The translations under genes were made by a program, and so were the position numbers. A stretch of DNA of 63,769 nucleotides, counting the filler. It is 9 parts of 9 records of this genome, joined end to end, with 100 filler letters (N's around TTAATTAATTAA, not from the genome) between each part and the next. Parts side by side here need not be neighbours in the genome. Positions count along the whole stretch, not along the records: positions 34,710 to 44,119 come from SRR7504441_496; positions 44,220 to 48,020 come from SRR7504441_497; 7 more parts are not named here. One strand, given 5' to 3'. Each line of letters begins with the position of its first letter. Position 1 is the stretch's first letter. Below are positions 34,752 to 44,578 of the stretch, one piece after another. The notes below the pieces were generated by a model. That model was given only the letters and a program-made list of their open reading frames with translations, had not been told where the DNA came from and did no database searches.

Positions 34752-37457
34752 ATGGCTTCGCCCGCCGCGTTGCTGGAACAGGTCGCCCCGGTGCGGCAGC
34801 CGTGCGAGGTGCTCAAGTATGACCTCTCCAAACTCTCCGCGTTGGCCGGCTGCTCGCAGGCCGCCCTAATCGAGGGCCTACACGACGACAGCGAGCTCGA
34901 CCTCGCAGGAGCCCTCGCGCCCGTCGCCGCGCAGGTCTCGTTTCAAGTTCGCGAGAGCGGTCTGCCGGGCCGGGCGAGCCGGCTGGCGCTAGTCAGTTGC
35001 GCCTCCCGCCCCGGCAGCCTTGACTCGGCTGAGCGGCCTAAGCATCTGCTGCCGCTGCGCGGGGAATCGATTATACGGCACGTGCTGCGTCAGCTATGGC
35101 AGGGTGGGGTGGACCGGGTGGTGCTGGTTCTGGGCTGGAAGGGCAGGGCGATCCTAGAGGATCTGCGCCAGTGCGCATCCCTTGCGCCGCTCCAGCTGGA
35201 GGTGGTGGACCTTGGCGATGAATATCGAGACGGGTTTGCCCGCTCGCTGCTCGCGGCAGCCAGCGCGATGGAGAGGTGGCCGGAGGAAATGCTGGTCTGC
35301 ACGGCCGACCACGTATTCTCAGCTCAGATTCTAGAGCGGATACAGCAGGGCTCGCTGGCCGCGGAGGAGGCGGTTCGCGTGCTCGTGGAGCTCGACCCGA
35401 AGCTGTCTCAGAGCGGGGCGCTGCCTCACACTGCGGTGCGGGTGAGAGTGGACGCCTCGGCAGCGGGTGCAGGCCAGCTGGTGGCGATCGGGCAGGAGGT
35501 GGAGCCGTTTGACGGAGTAGAAGCCGGGCTCTTCCTGGCCCAGACTGAGGAGCTGTTCGGGGCGCTCCGCACGATGGCGGCTCAGCTGCCCTACTTTAGC
35601 CTGGCCCACTGCCTCGCCGGCCTGTGCGCCCAGCGCCGGCTGCGATATGTGGCGACTGGTGGGCTCGGCTGGTTTGGGCTGGAAACCGATCTGGCGATCG
35701 AGTCTGTTAACCAGAGCGGGCCTAGAGCGCTTTTCAGTGGGGAAATGCTCACAGGCCGATCCTCGTCGATCACCAGCCTGCATGATCTGGATACTCAATG
35801 GGGCGGTGTGGAGGTTAATCTGATACTAGGGTTCACCGACCACACCAGCTCGCAAGTGAATGTTCTAGCGCCGCCTTCGGGCCAGTCCCTTGGAGGATTC
35901 ATGATAGGGGTCGCGGAGAAGTCGCAACCGCCCAGTCCGGCCAGCTCGGCAGATGTAAGACAAGCAATTTCCGGGCTCGACCCGCCACTGCTGCCCGGCG
36001 AGCTCTCAGCCAGTCCGGACCGGGCGGTACTCGCCCCAATGCAGCATCAGCAGCAGGCGAGCGACGCAGGCTCTGGCTTCGTGTTGAGTATCCCGACTTC
36101 ACTCACTACAGCCGACCTCGACAGCGGCGAGCCATCCCAGAGCGCGGACGGCTACCTGATTGCAGTGCCAGACAGTGGCCCGCCCGGAAGCTGCAACTAT
36201 GTCTTCGCGGTGCCTCAGCTGATTGAGCCCGATCCTGAAACGCAGCCCGACACGATCGCTGCTCGGATCTCTGCATTCGAGCTGCCAACAGACGTGACTA
36301 ACGTGGTGATCGAACGGAGTAGAGCGAGGTCTGACTCTGTGCTCAAGGATGGCTCGTCCGTGCAGGTGATGGTCAGCAAGTCTGTGCCTGCAGTGGGCTG
36401 GCTCATGCTGGCCGTCGCACTCGTCACATCTTCGGCAATCGGCCCTTTAGTCGACCTGCAGACTCACTGCACTGCGCTTGCTAAGATGCTTTGGAGGAGC
36501 ACAGTGGCCGCTGGAATCTTCATCGTCATGGGTAAGGTGGCCGAGGGTCGGAAACCAGTGTATTCCCAGGTCATCTCGGACCGTGCGCTGCTCAAACTGC
36601 TTGGTCTGGCCTGGGTCGGGTGGCTGATATACTTTGGCGGGTTCCAGCTGGCGGCGGGGATGACTTCGATAACCCACACTTATCTATTCGGGCAGATGGT
36701 TTCGATGTTTATCGTTTTGCATAAGCTGCTCACCTGCCAGGCAGTCAGCAAGGTGGAGCTCGGGGGGGTCGCGATTGCGGCGGCTGGGGCCGGGCTGTGC
36801 TTAATGGACAAAGGCAAAGGTGACCATGCCCCGAGCATCAAAGGTGACATGGTTGCGCTGGTATCAGCATGCGGTGGATGTCTCTTCCTCACATTGGCCA
36901 AAGGTGCCAGGGCACAGGTCAATACATTCGTTTTCTATAGCATAATGCACACTGGCACGGCATTGGTGCTGTTCATAGTGGGCGCTGTGGTGCTGTGGCA
37001 AGAGGGGCTATCCGACAGCGGTGTGCTGGGCTGGGTTCATCCAGAGCCATTCTCACGCCTGCCACTTCAGCTGATCTTGTTCGTGGTGGGTGACTGCATT
37101 GGACTTTGCGGATATATCATCGCGATGAAATACTTTGACCCATTGCTGGTCAGCCTAGTCATGCTGCTCGAGCCAATCGTAGGGACTGCTGAAGGGATTC
37201 TGCTCCGTGTTAGCACTTTCCCTGGAATGTGGTCAATCGGCGGAGCAGCCGCAATGTTTGTGGGGATTGCACTGGTGTCACACGGCGCGCAGAGAACTTC
37301 CACAACAGTTGACGCCTCCGCCGCGCTGCACCAACATGACGAGCATTCCAACGCCGCCACGCCCAAGGGACAAGTCAAGACGGATACAGCGGATGATCAC
37401 ATGCACGAGCAAGCTACCGTCGACGACCGCTTACTTCCACCAATGACAGGTGTCTAA
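34752..37457 (+). CDS. Fusion: nucleotidyltransferase-like (GT-A; LicC/IPCT-type) domain plus 10-TM EamA/DMT transporter
   Basis: RPKHLLPLRGESII..VVLVLGWKG..ARSLLAA..TADHVFS..VEAGLF..WFGLET in the N-half; about 10 hydrophobic helices with KGDMVALVSA and SLVMLLEPIVG in the C-half; intronless, 901 aa. Confidence 0.82.
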   Translation: MASPAALLEQVAPVRQPCEVLKYDLSKLSALAGCSQAALIEGLHDDSELDLAGALAPVAAQVSFQVRESGLPGRASRLALVSCASRPGSLDSAERPKHLLPLRGESIIRHVLRQLWQGGVDRVVLVLGWKGRAILEDLRQCASLAPLQLEVVDLGDEYRDGFARSLLAAASAMERWPEEMLVCTADHVFSAQILERIQQGSLAAEEAVRVLVELDPKLSQSGALPHTAVRVRVDASAAGAGQLVAIGQEVEPFDGVEAGLFLAQTEELFGALRTMAAQLPYFSLAHCLAGLCAQRRLRYVATGGLGWFGLETDLAIESVNQSGPRALFSGEMLTGRSSSITSLHDLDTQWGGVEVNLILGFTDHTSSQVNVLAPPSGQSLGGFMIGVAEKSQPPSPASSADVRQAISGLDPPLLPGELSASPDRAVLAPMQHQQQASDAGSGFVLSIPTSLTTADLDSGEPSQSADGYLIAVPDSGPPGSCNYVFAVPQLIEPDPETQPDTIAARISAFELPTDVTNVVIERSRARSDSVLKDGSSVQVMVSKSVPAVGWLMLAVALVTSSAIGPLVDLQTHCTALAKMLWRSTVAAGIFIVMGKVAEGRKPVYSQVISDRALLKLLGLAWVGWLIYFGGFQLAAGMTSITHTYLFGQMVSMFIVLHKLLTCQAVSKVELGGVAIAAAGAGLCLMDKGKGDHAPSIKGDMVALVSACGGCLFLTLAKGARAQVNTFVFYSIMHTGTALVLFIVGAVVLWQEGLSDSGVLGWVHPEPFSRLPLQLILFVVGDCIGLCGYIIAMKYFDPLLVSLVMLLEPIVGTAEGILLRVSTFPGMWSIGGAAAMFVGIALVSHGAQRTSTTVDASAALHQHDEHSNAATPKGQVKTDTADDHMHEQATVDDRLLPPMTGV

Positions 37458-37835
37458 TAGAAAGGACGATTGTTTGGTTCCCATGACACTGGCACACACG
37501 GTATGTACATGTGAGTTCACATATATGTTATGTCATGCGATTAACACAGTCATGATCATGGCTACAAATTCATGTAGAAAGTAGTGAACTCGAGCTCACC
37601 CTAGGCGGCGATCTAGCCCTACATGATCATACAGCTATAGCTATTGATCATGAGTACTGATGTCCACTCGGGGTCATGCAGGGTAACCGCGGGTTTATTG
37701 AAATCCTGCGCCTGGTCAGTCCAATTGCAAGCCACCTTGCCTTTGTCTTGTCCGTTAAAAAAACCGGGCCTCGATCCACTCGCGGACACCGGACTGCCCA
37801 CCAGCCCCGTGCGCGTCCCAGCACCGGCGGGGCCG

Positions 37836-38807
37836 ATGGCTCGGCTGGAGCGGCGGGCGCCACTGTCAGTTCGGCGGAAGGACGGGCTGCTCCGGTTCGC
37901 GGCCAACGCGAGCAGTCAATGCGGGGAGGACGGGATACTGGAGCGGCTGTTCGGGGCTCTGCTCCCGCACCCCGGCCCGCGCTGGGTGGTGGAGGTCGGG
38001 GCCTGGGACGGCCGGCACAACTCCAACTCGTTCGGGCTGCTCAACCCTGGAGCTGATGGCGGGCTGGACCCGGCGGTCGGCCGCTGGCGCGGGGCGCTGC
38101 TCGAGGCAGACCCGGCGCGTGCGGCCGAGGCCCGTGATCTGTACGGCGACAGACCGGACGTCACGGTGATAGAGGCAATGGTCGGCTTTGAGGGCGACAG
38201 CTCGCTCGCGGCGCTGCTCGCGGCGCACTCCCCCGAGCTCCCGCTCGATGCGGTGGGTGGGTGGGGCGTGCTCAGCATCGACGTGGACGGCTGCGACTAT
38301 CACGTCTGGGAGGCGGCTCTGGCTGCTCAACTGCGCCCGGCGATCGTAATATGCGAGTTCAACCCGACGATCCCCAACCACGTGCTGTACGTGCAGGCCC
38401 GCGACAGCGAGGTGAGGCAGGGCTCTTCACTACTGGCACTGTGCGAGCTGGCATCGGCGCATGGGTACCGGCTGATCGAAACCACACTGTACAACGGGAT
38501 CTTCGTCTGCGATGAGCTCTGGGATACAGTGGCGCCGCACCTGCCGGACGAGGGCAGGGCGTGCAGCATTGATGAGTTGCACGCCCCGCAGATGACGACA
38601 GACTTGTGGCAGCTCTATGATGGCTCGATCGAAATAGCCGGTTGCAAGAAGATGCTGTGGCACGGCCGACGGATGGACATCGATAAAATGCAGGTTATTC
38701 CGCGAAGCGAGCAGGGCCCCTTCCCATTCGCACCGCCGGCACCAGGCAGCCCGTCAATGACCAAAAAGCCGGTGGGTTGCAAAAAGGGCCCTCGTCGCAA
38801 TAAGTAA
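37836..38807 (+). CDS. FkbM-like class I SAM-dependent methyltransferase, intronless
   Basis: SQCGEDGILERLF, VEVGAWDG..SNS, LLEAD, LSIDVDGCDYHVW, ICEFNPTIP, GSSL.AL.ELA..GYRL. Confidence 0.78.
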   Translation: MARLERRAPLSVRRKDGLLRFAANASSQCGEDGILERLFGALLPHPGPRWVVEVGAWDGRHNSNSFGLLNPGADGGLDPAVGRWRGALLEADPARAAEARDLYGDRPDVTVIEAMVGFEGDSSLAALLAAHSPELPLDAVGGWGVLSIDVDGCDYHVWEAALAAQLRPAIVICEFNPTIPNHVLYVQARDSEVRQGSSLLALCELASAHGYRLIETTLYNGIFVCDELWDTVAPHLPDEGRACSIDELHAPQMTTDLWQLYDGSIEIAGCKKMLWHGRRMDIDKMQVIPRSEQGPFPFAPPAPGSPSMTKKPVGCKKGPRRNK

Positions 38808-38930
38808 AACTTTAGTAATTGTGTATGAGACGTCCATCCTCATCGCCGTAATCGTTTTCAATGTCGTCCTTGATCTTGTCAACTGTGTTTTTTTGTGTTG
38901 GCAAAGAAGAAGAGATAATTATACCGTGAT

Positions 38931-40320
38931 CTACTTAATACTCTTCTTCTTACCTGCAAGATTCTTGCGCACAGTCTCCATGATGATCCCAGCAAAGACC
39001 AGCGCACAACTGCCCCAGGTTAGCTCGTGTGCCCAGGCTGGCCGCTGCACCCAATCCACTGCATGCCGCCGAGCCGATTGTCAGGGCTTCGGAACACCGA
39101 GTAGACAGTTGAGAAGATCTACCCGACCGGTCAGCTGGTGCAAGCATTCGCTGTACCTTGCGGGTGGTGGTCAGGGTAGTGAGCCAGAGCGGCCCAAACT
39201 CGTTGATTGTGTAGAAGACAAAACATTGCCCAAGAGCGCTGCCACAGCCCAGGTTTAGCCAGCAAGCTGCGCCAGGCCACCTCAGGAGCGCAAACATCAG
39301 CACCGCCTGGGCCAATGCCGGGGTGGACATGATGAAGCTGAGCCCGGCTTGCAGTTGGCCTGTGACGATGCAGAATCCAAGCGCCACAACTGCCCCGCTG
39401 CCAGGGCTTCAGTCACGCCCAAGCATGGCCCGTGCCTGAAGTTGGTGTAGAACATGCTTTCAAACATGCTGATCTTGGCCGAATCGTCCTCTGCCCGCGG
39501 ATCACGGCCGACCAGGGCGCGGGGTCACGGTTGATCTCACGGGTGGATTTCTTGACGCGGTCTTGGATCCCGCCCGTGGCGCCATCCATGCACAGGCTGA
39601 CCAAGATCAGGAACAGCCCTGCCCCCCACTGAGCCATAGTCCAGCCAGTCGGACTCACCGTACATCGAGTCGTCGCCACTCTTTTTGGCCTTCTTACCGA
39701 AGTTGAAGACGCACACACCGATCGTCACAATCAGCACCTGCAGCACCGATCAGCCCTGGTAGCCGAGCCAGGCACCTGCAGGTAGTCGGCCATGACATAC
39801 TCGGCTGCCTTGCCCGCGAGCAGGATCCCGGCCACGAACACGGGCACCATTTTGCAGGACTTGCCCAGTACCTGTCCTCGACCTCGCTGGTGGCTCGACC
39901 GGGCTGTTGCCTGGGTCGGGTAACTGACGTACCGGAGAGCCTCGTTGGAGGCGGCCATAGCCATCATCTGGGTGGCCCCACTGATCGAGATCTCCTTGAC
40001 CGGGATCTGTCAGCTGGGCTCACCGACCTGCCGGCGGGCGGGCGGGCCTTGCGCTTGGAGCCGCCCATGATCGTCAGTCCTGCGAAGGCCACCATCGAAT
40101 TGACCGCCCGCTCGGCCAGCAGAATGAAGAAGGTGTAGGTGAACTTTTTCCCGTCGTACTTTTTCTTGTACCTGTCCCCGCGGTCGGGCGGACCCAAAGG
40201 CGCGGGGTACACGTCCTCCTGCAGGATGGCAAAGTAGGAGAAACACCAGAAGATGCCGACGATGCATATCAGCGCTTTCGCGGAGGAAGGCAATCCAGCT
40301 GGTTTGGCCGCCGGCGACAT
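38931..40320 (-). CDS. SLC35B1: Nucleotide-sugar/UAA transporter SLC35B1 (UGTrel1/HUT1-like), multi-exon; possible alternative last exon ending at 38812
   Basis: AILQEDV, SNEALRYVSYPTQ|VLGKSCKMVPV, DGATGGIQD, GQCFVFYTINEFGPL..TTTRK, ending GKKKSIK-stop. Confidence 0.9.
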
Positions 40321-40717
40321 CCCGTCGGCTTCGCTACTATGAAGAGGCAACAGGGTGCTCGTGCTGCAGCGGGCCGAGCGCCGTCGCCAACGGAATTGTA
40401 GGGCATGTACAGTATGCTAGGGCGAGTGCACACGTTTTCGATAAGCGTTCGAACAAGCTTCGCCTTAGAACAGTCAAGATTTTTATACATGTGTTAGCAG
40501 CTAGTGATACGATTAAACGAAATGAGTACATCATGGAGTACATGTCTACAGCGTCGGTAGCAATACCGGTAATCTAGATCATGAGCCCATGAGAGACGTC
40601 TGGACACAGATTCACTTACTACCGAAGATTAAACCGGTACACATGAGTCAGCTGCGGCCAATCAAAAGCGACGGTGCACGAGCCAACTGGGTGCTCTTGC
40701 ATGTGTGCCATAATCAA

Positions 40718-43700
40718 TTAAATCCCCCACTGTTGTTTCTTTTGAGTCAAGAACTGATCAGCCTGCAGACAAGTCACTCTCAGAACAGACTGGTCGAGCA
40801 ATTGATCAAGTGCATCAAACTATCATAGCACCGAGTGCACCCACCTGCATTAGCTCTTCGTATAAAATCGAGGGGAAGTTGGGCACTCTCTCCCGAAGAA
40901 CGCTCATTGCACTCTTGACCTGGCCCCAGCATATTTAGTGAACTAGACTGCTGGTAGCCACCTGCGTCCAGAATTTACATGCATTCTTCAGGTCTGCAAG
41001 GGGGTCCTCGCAGGCTCTGAATATGGTCCCAAGAGTATCCTTGTTGATTTTATCAGTTGGGTCGTTTGTGAGGATATATCTGAGAGGCTCAGGGTTAGAA
41101 CCGGAGCTGTGGTATGTCCATAGCATGCAATGGATTGTTCTTAGCGATTGGTATACTCACTTGGCTACAATTCCCATGGCACAAGCTTGCTCGCCTGGCC
41201 CTCGAACCTGCAGCGCAGATGCTGTGAGGGGCTAACAGGACCACGCTGTGCGCGTACAGTTCGGCCGATTTCACCATACTGTCCAAAGTGGAGTGGCGTG
41301 ACTCGACGGCATGCAATATGCAGTAAAATCATCTCGGCCATGTTACTCCATTCCACCCTTATTCGATTGAGGATTGAGTTGAACCTGCACGTGGACCGAC
41401 CATTCAGCCGCTTGCATGGCTTCAGGGCTCACCGGATCAGATCATGGTCCACTGCATCATCCCAGGCTTGGCCATTGAGTCGCATTGGCAACAGTGCAAG
41501 TGCTCGGGTAATGAAGCGCACCTGCAACGGCAAGTTATGGGGTTGATGGAGTCATTGTGCTCAGAGTGTGGTGCTCACCTCATCTCGGACTGGCTGGTCG
41601 GACTGATCAAGCGGCTGGCCGTTGATTCCTCCCAGTTTGACCACTAAAAGGAAGGTGACGGCTTCCAAAGAGTATTCAGGACCAAACTCGAGTGCAGCAG
41701 TTCCAAAGTGAGTGAGTGTCAGCCGAGCGCCCACTCCCGGCACCTCTGCTGGCATGCCCTGCCAATATGCTCGCTCACATAGCAGTCAATGCAATCACCG
41801 CCAAGAAGCCGAACGTCTGGAGTAAAGAGAAGTTGACGTAGCATGCTACTATATCTGCCTTGGCGCCTCCTGCTGCTAAGAATTCTAGCCCATCGCCTGC
41901 AACCCGGTTTGAGCTCTAGCTCGACGCTTTAAGACACCTTGAGCGACCGGCTTGAAGTTAGAGACCGCTTTCTCGCCAGCTGTAGCCGCTCTGAAGTCCT
42001 CGTCCACCCAGTGGAGACACAGGTTGAGATCCACCTTGGCACACAGACTGCATCAGCGCCCCAAGCCGCTAAGGCCGCCCACCTCGTGCGATAGTCGCTT
42101 CTTGTTGCTCAGCATGTCCTCCTCAGAGAACACAAACGGCATGAAAGGGAGCACATCCGCCTGTTTGCCAAATGATGGGAGCTCTGTTGCATCTTCAAAC
42201 CACTTGCAAACTAAGAGCTTTTTGTCCATGAAGGCACTGGCAGACAACAGTGCAGTGAGCCGCAAAGCCGGAAGCTGGAGTTGGGCACCTGTGGAGGCAA
42301 AAGCGCAGAGCATGGACTTCAAACGCGCGCTCACGGTGAATAAGACTGCTCACGGTTTGCTTATAAATGACTGAATCAGCAAGCGGGGCCATTTCCAGCA
42401 CATAGCCACTCAGTACGTTATTCAGCACCTGGGTACTCAAGTTTCAGTCGGCGATTCGTGTATTAGCAAACCTGGGGTGACACAATCCCCTGTGACAGGA
42501 AATAGAAAACCTCAATAGGCAGCCGGTACCCAAAGACCTGAGAGAAACAGCAATTCAGTACAAAGCAGCAGCTCCAGGTTACCTGATGCAGCTCAGGCGG
42601 GCATCGATCCCACGAGAGTGGAATCACTCCATTCTTGATGGACATCACTGCATGGTTTCGCACTGTGACCGTCGCCTGCAGCAGCCACTCAGGCAGACCA
42701 ACCCATTGTGCGCCTACCCTGAGGTGCTGTTGAGTGGAAGAGTTGACATCCCTGATCTGCCCGTTGTTCGCCAGCTGCTGCAGTAGTCCCTGCACGCCAC
42801 CAGCCTGCCGGAGCTGGCACGAGCTCGCGTCAGCTCAGGCGGGTAGCAAAGGCTGACCATCTGTGCAATTCCAGCAAAATTCGCATCCCTCACAATGCTG
42901 TACGACACAGGGTTTGCTCTGCACGGCAATTCGAGGATCAATGCCGTGAATCAGAAATGAAATCACCCGACGAGCAAGCATGTGTCGACAAATGCGTCGA
43001 GTCCGCAGCCGAGAACCTGCATGAGCCGCAGTGAGTGAGGAGGCTGGACTACGGGTTGCCTTGAGAATTTGTGGGAGCCCAAGCCATTGATAGCTGCCGC
43101 CGGCGAGGTCCAGCTGCGTGATCACCATGTCGATGCCCCAAAGGAGGACTAGGTTGCTGCCAGGCGGCTCAAAACTGGCGCAGAGGGCTGTTGTAACCTG
43201 GACCACACTGCAGAGACCAGATTGTGCTGCCGGAGCCAAACCAGCTGCGGATGGGCAAAGTAAGGAGCCCGGATCACTTCAGCGTCTGCAGGCGAGTGAG
43301 GCACGCACTGGCGGCCGAGCTGGCACCAGCCTCTTGCAGGATCTGTATGATTCTATTAATGTGCTCCGTCGTGAACGAACTCTGGGCCCGGAAAGCCTGC
43401 GCCGCCTCGTTACGAGGCGGACGGCAGCATATCGGGCGGAAGGCACCTCTTTCGCATTCGCCGAATCGCCTTGCTGAATGTAGTTCCAGCCGTGTGCGAC
43501 AGCTTGCGTGAAAGCAGTGGAGTCGGCCCGGGGCGGTGCGGCCTCTCGCGGCCGAACCAGCTGCAGACCAGAGAACACGAAAAGCGGTGTGATATCCAAC
43601 GCCCTGCCGGTCGCCGCCGCTTAGAAGCCTCAGCTGAGCCGGCGGGCACTTGAATGCAGCGAGCGCTTTGGTGATCAAGGGGCGCAGCGTCAGGTACATC

Positions 43701-43956
43701 CCGCCCATGGCCACCTGCGCGAGTCAGACGGAGCAGCGCGGCACAGGCACCTGGTAAGGCTCATCGACGCCGAGCGTCTTGAGCCAGACGAGCCCGTCGA
43801 TCCCGAGCTTGTTCCCCTTGAGCTTCTCGAGCGAGCCGCTGAGGAGAAGCCCTTGCGACTGGGCAAATTCGCTGCCGCCGAGGTGGTGAGCCCAGGTCAA
43901 GGGTGGCTGCGAGGGGCTCACTCCAAGCCGCGCACTGACTGAGAGATTGCAGGCAT
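40718..43956 (-). CDS. MKT1: MKT1-like XPG/PIN-fold post-transcriptional regulator (many exons)
   Basis: Spliced N-terminus SVRGL.EFAQSQGL..LEKLKG.KLGIDG..EPYQVAMGG..ITPLFVFSGL parallels the Mkt1 N-terminus; C-terminal ..FW.Q..ADQFL; internal exon boundaries only partly traced. Confidence 0.75.
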
Positions 43957-44119
43957 CTCCGGGGTGTTGGGGAGGTTGGGCACTAACAAAACGCCCGCCG
44001 CTGTGGTGTCCACAGGCTCTCGGGGATGCAGTCGGCGGATCCGTTGGGATCGCAACGGCAACGGTGTGAGCTCTTTCTTCCGGGAACCCTGGCCACCTGG
44101 AGGAGGCACTCCGAGTGAA

Positions 44120-44219
44120 NNNNNNNNNNNNNNNNNNNNNNNNNNNNNNNNNNNNNNNNNNNNTTAATTAATTAANNNNNNNNNNNNNNNNNNNNNNNNN
44201 NNNNNNNNNNNNNNNNNNN
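44120..44219. other. Artificial contig linker
   Basis: N44-TTAATTAATTAA-N44. Confidence 0.99.
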
Positions 44220-44578
44220 GACTGCTTGGCCGCGGCTTGCGAGTGTGCTATCAGGTGATCCCGCAGCGCGAGCAGTGCCTGGATGCACGCCTGCTTCTGC
44301 TCGCTCTCGCCAGCGCAGGCCAGGCACGAGAACATCACCGGCCGCGTTACCCTGCGTTACGGTTATGAGTGATGCAACGGGCGTCTGAGTCAGAGGGAAA
44401 TGGGGTCGAGCACGGACCCGTCGAGGTATACTACGTAGGCCAGACGTTCCAAAAGTAGCTACGCCCATTGGTTGTACGTAGCATGAAGGGATTTGCGCTG
44501 AACCTTGTGAGGGATAACCAGAATAGACTTATGATTGTTATCGGATTGTAATCGCAGGTAGTCGACGCGAATCACGAT

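Noticed and set aside
44220-44578. Short ORF at the start of contig 6
   Set aside because: No motif or clear gene structure; left unannotated
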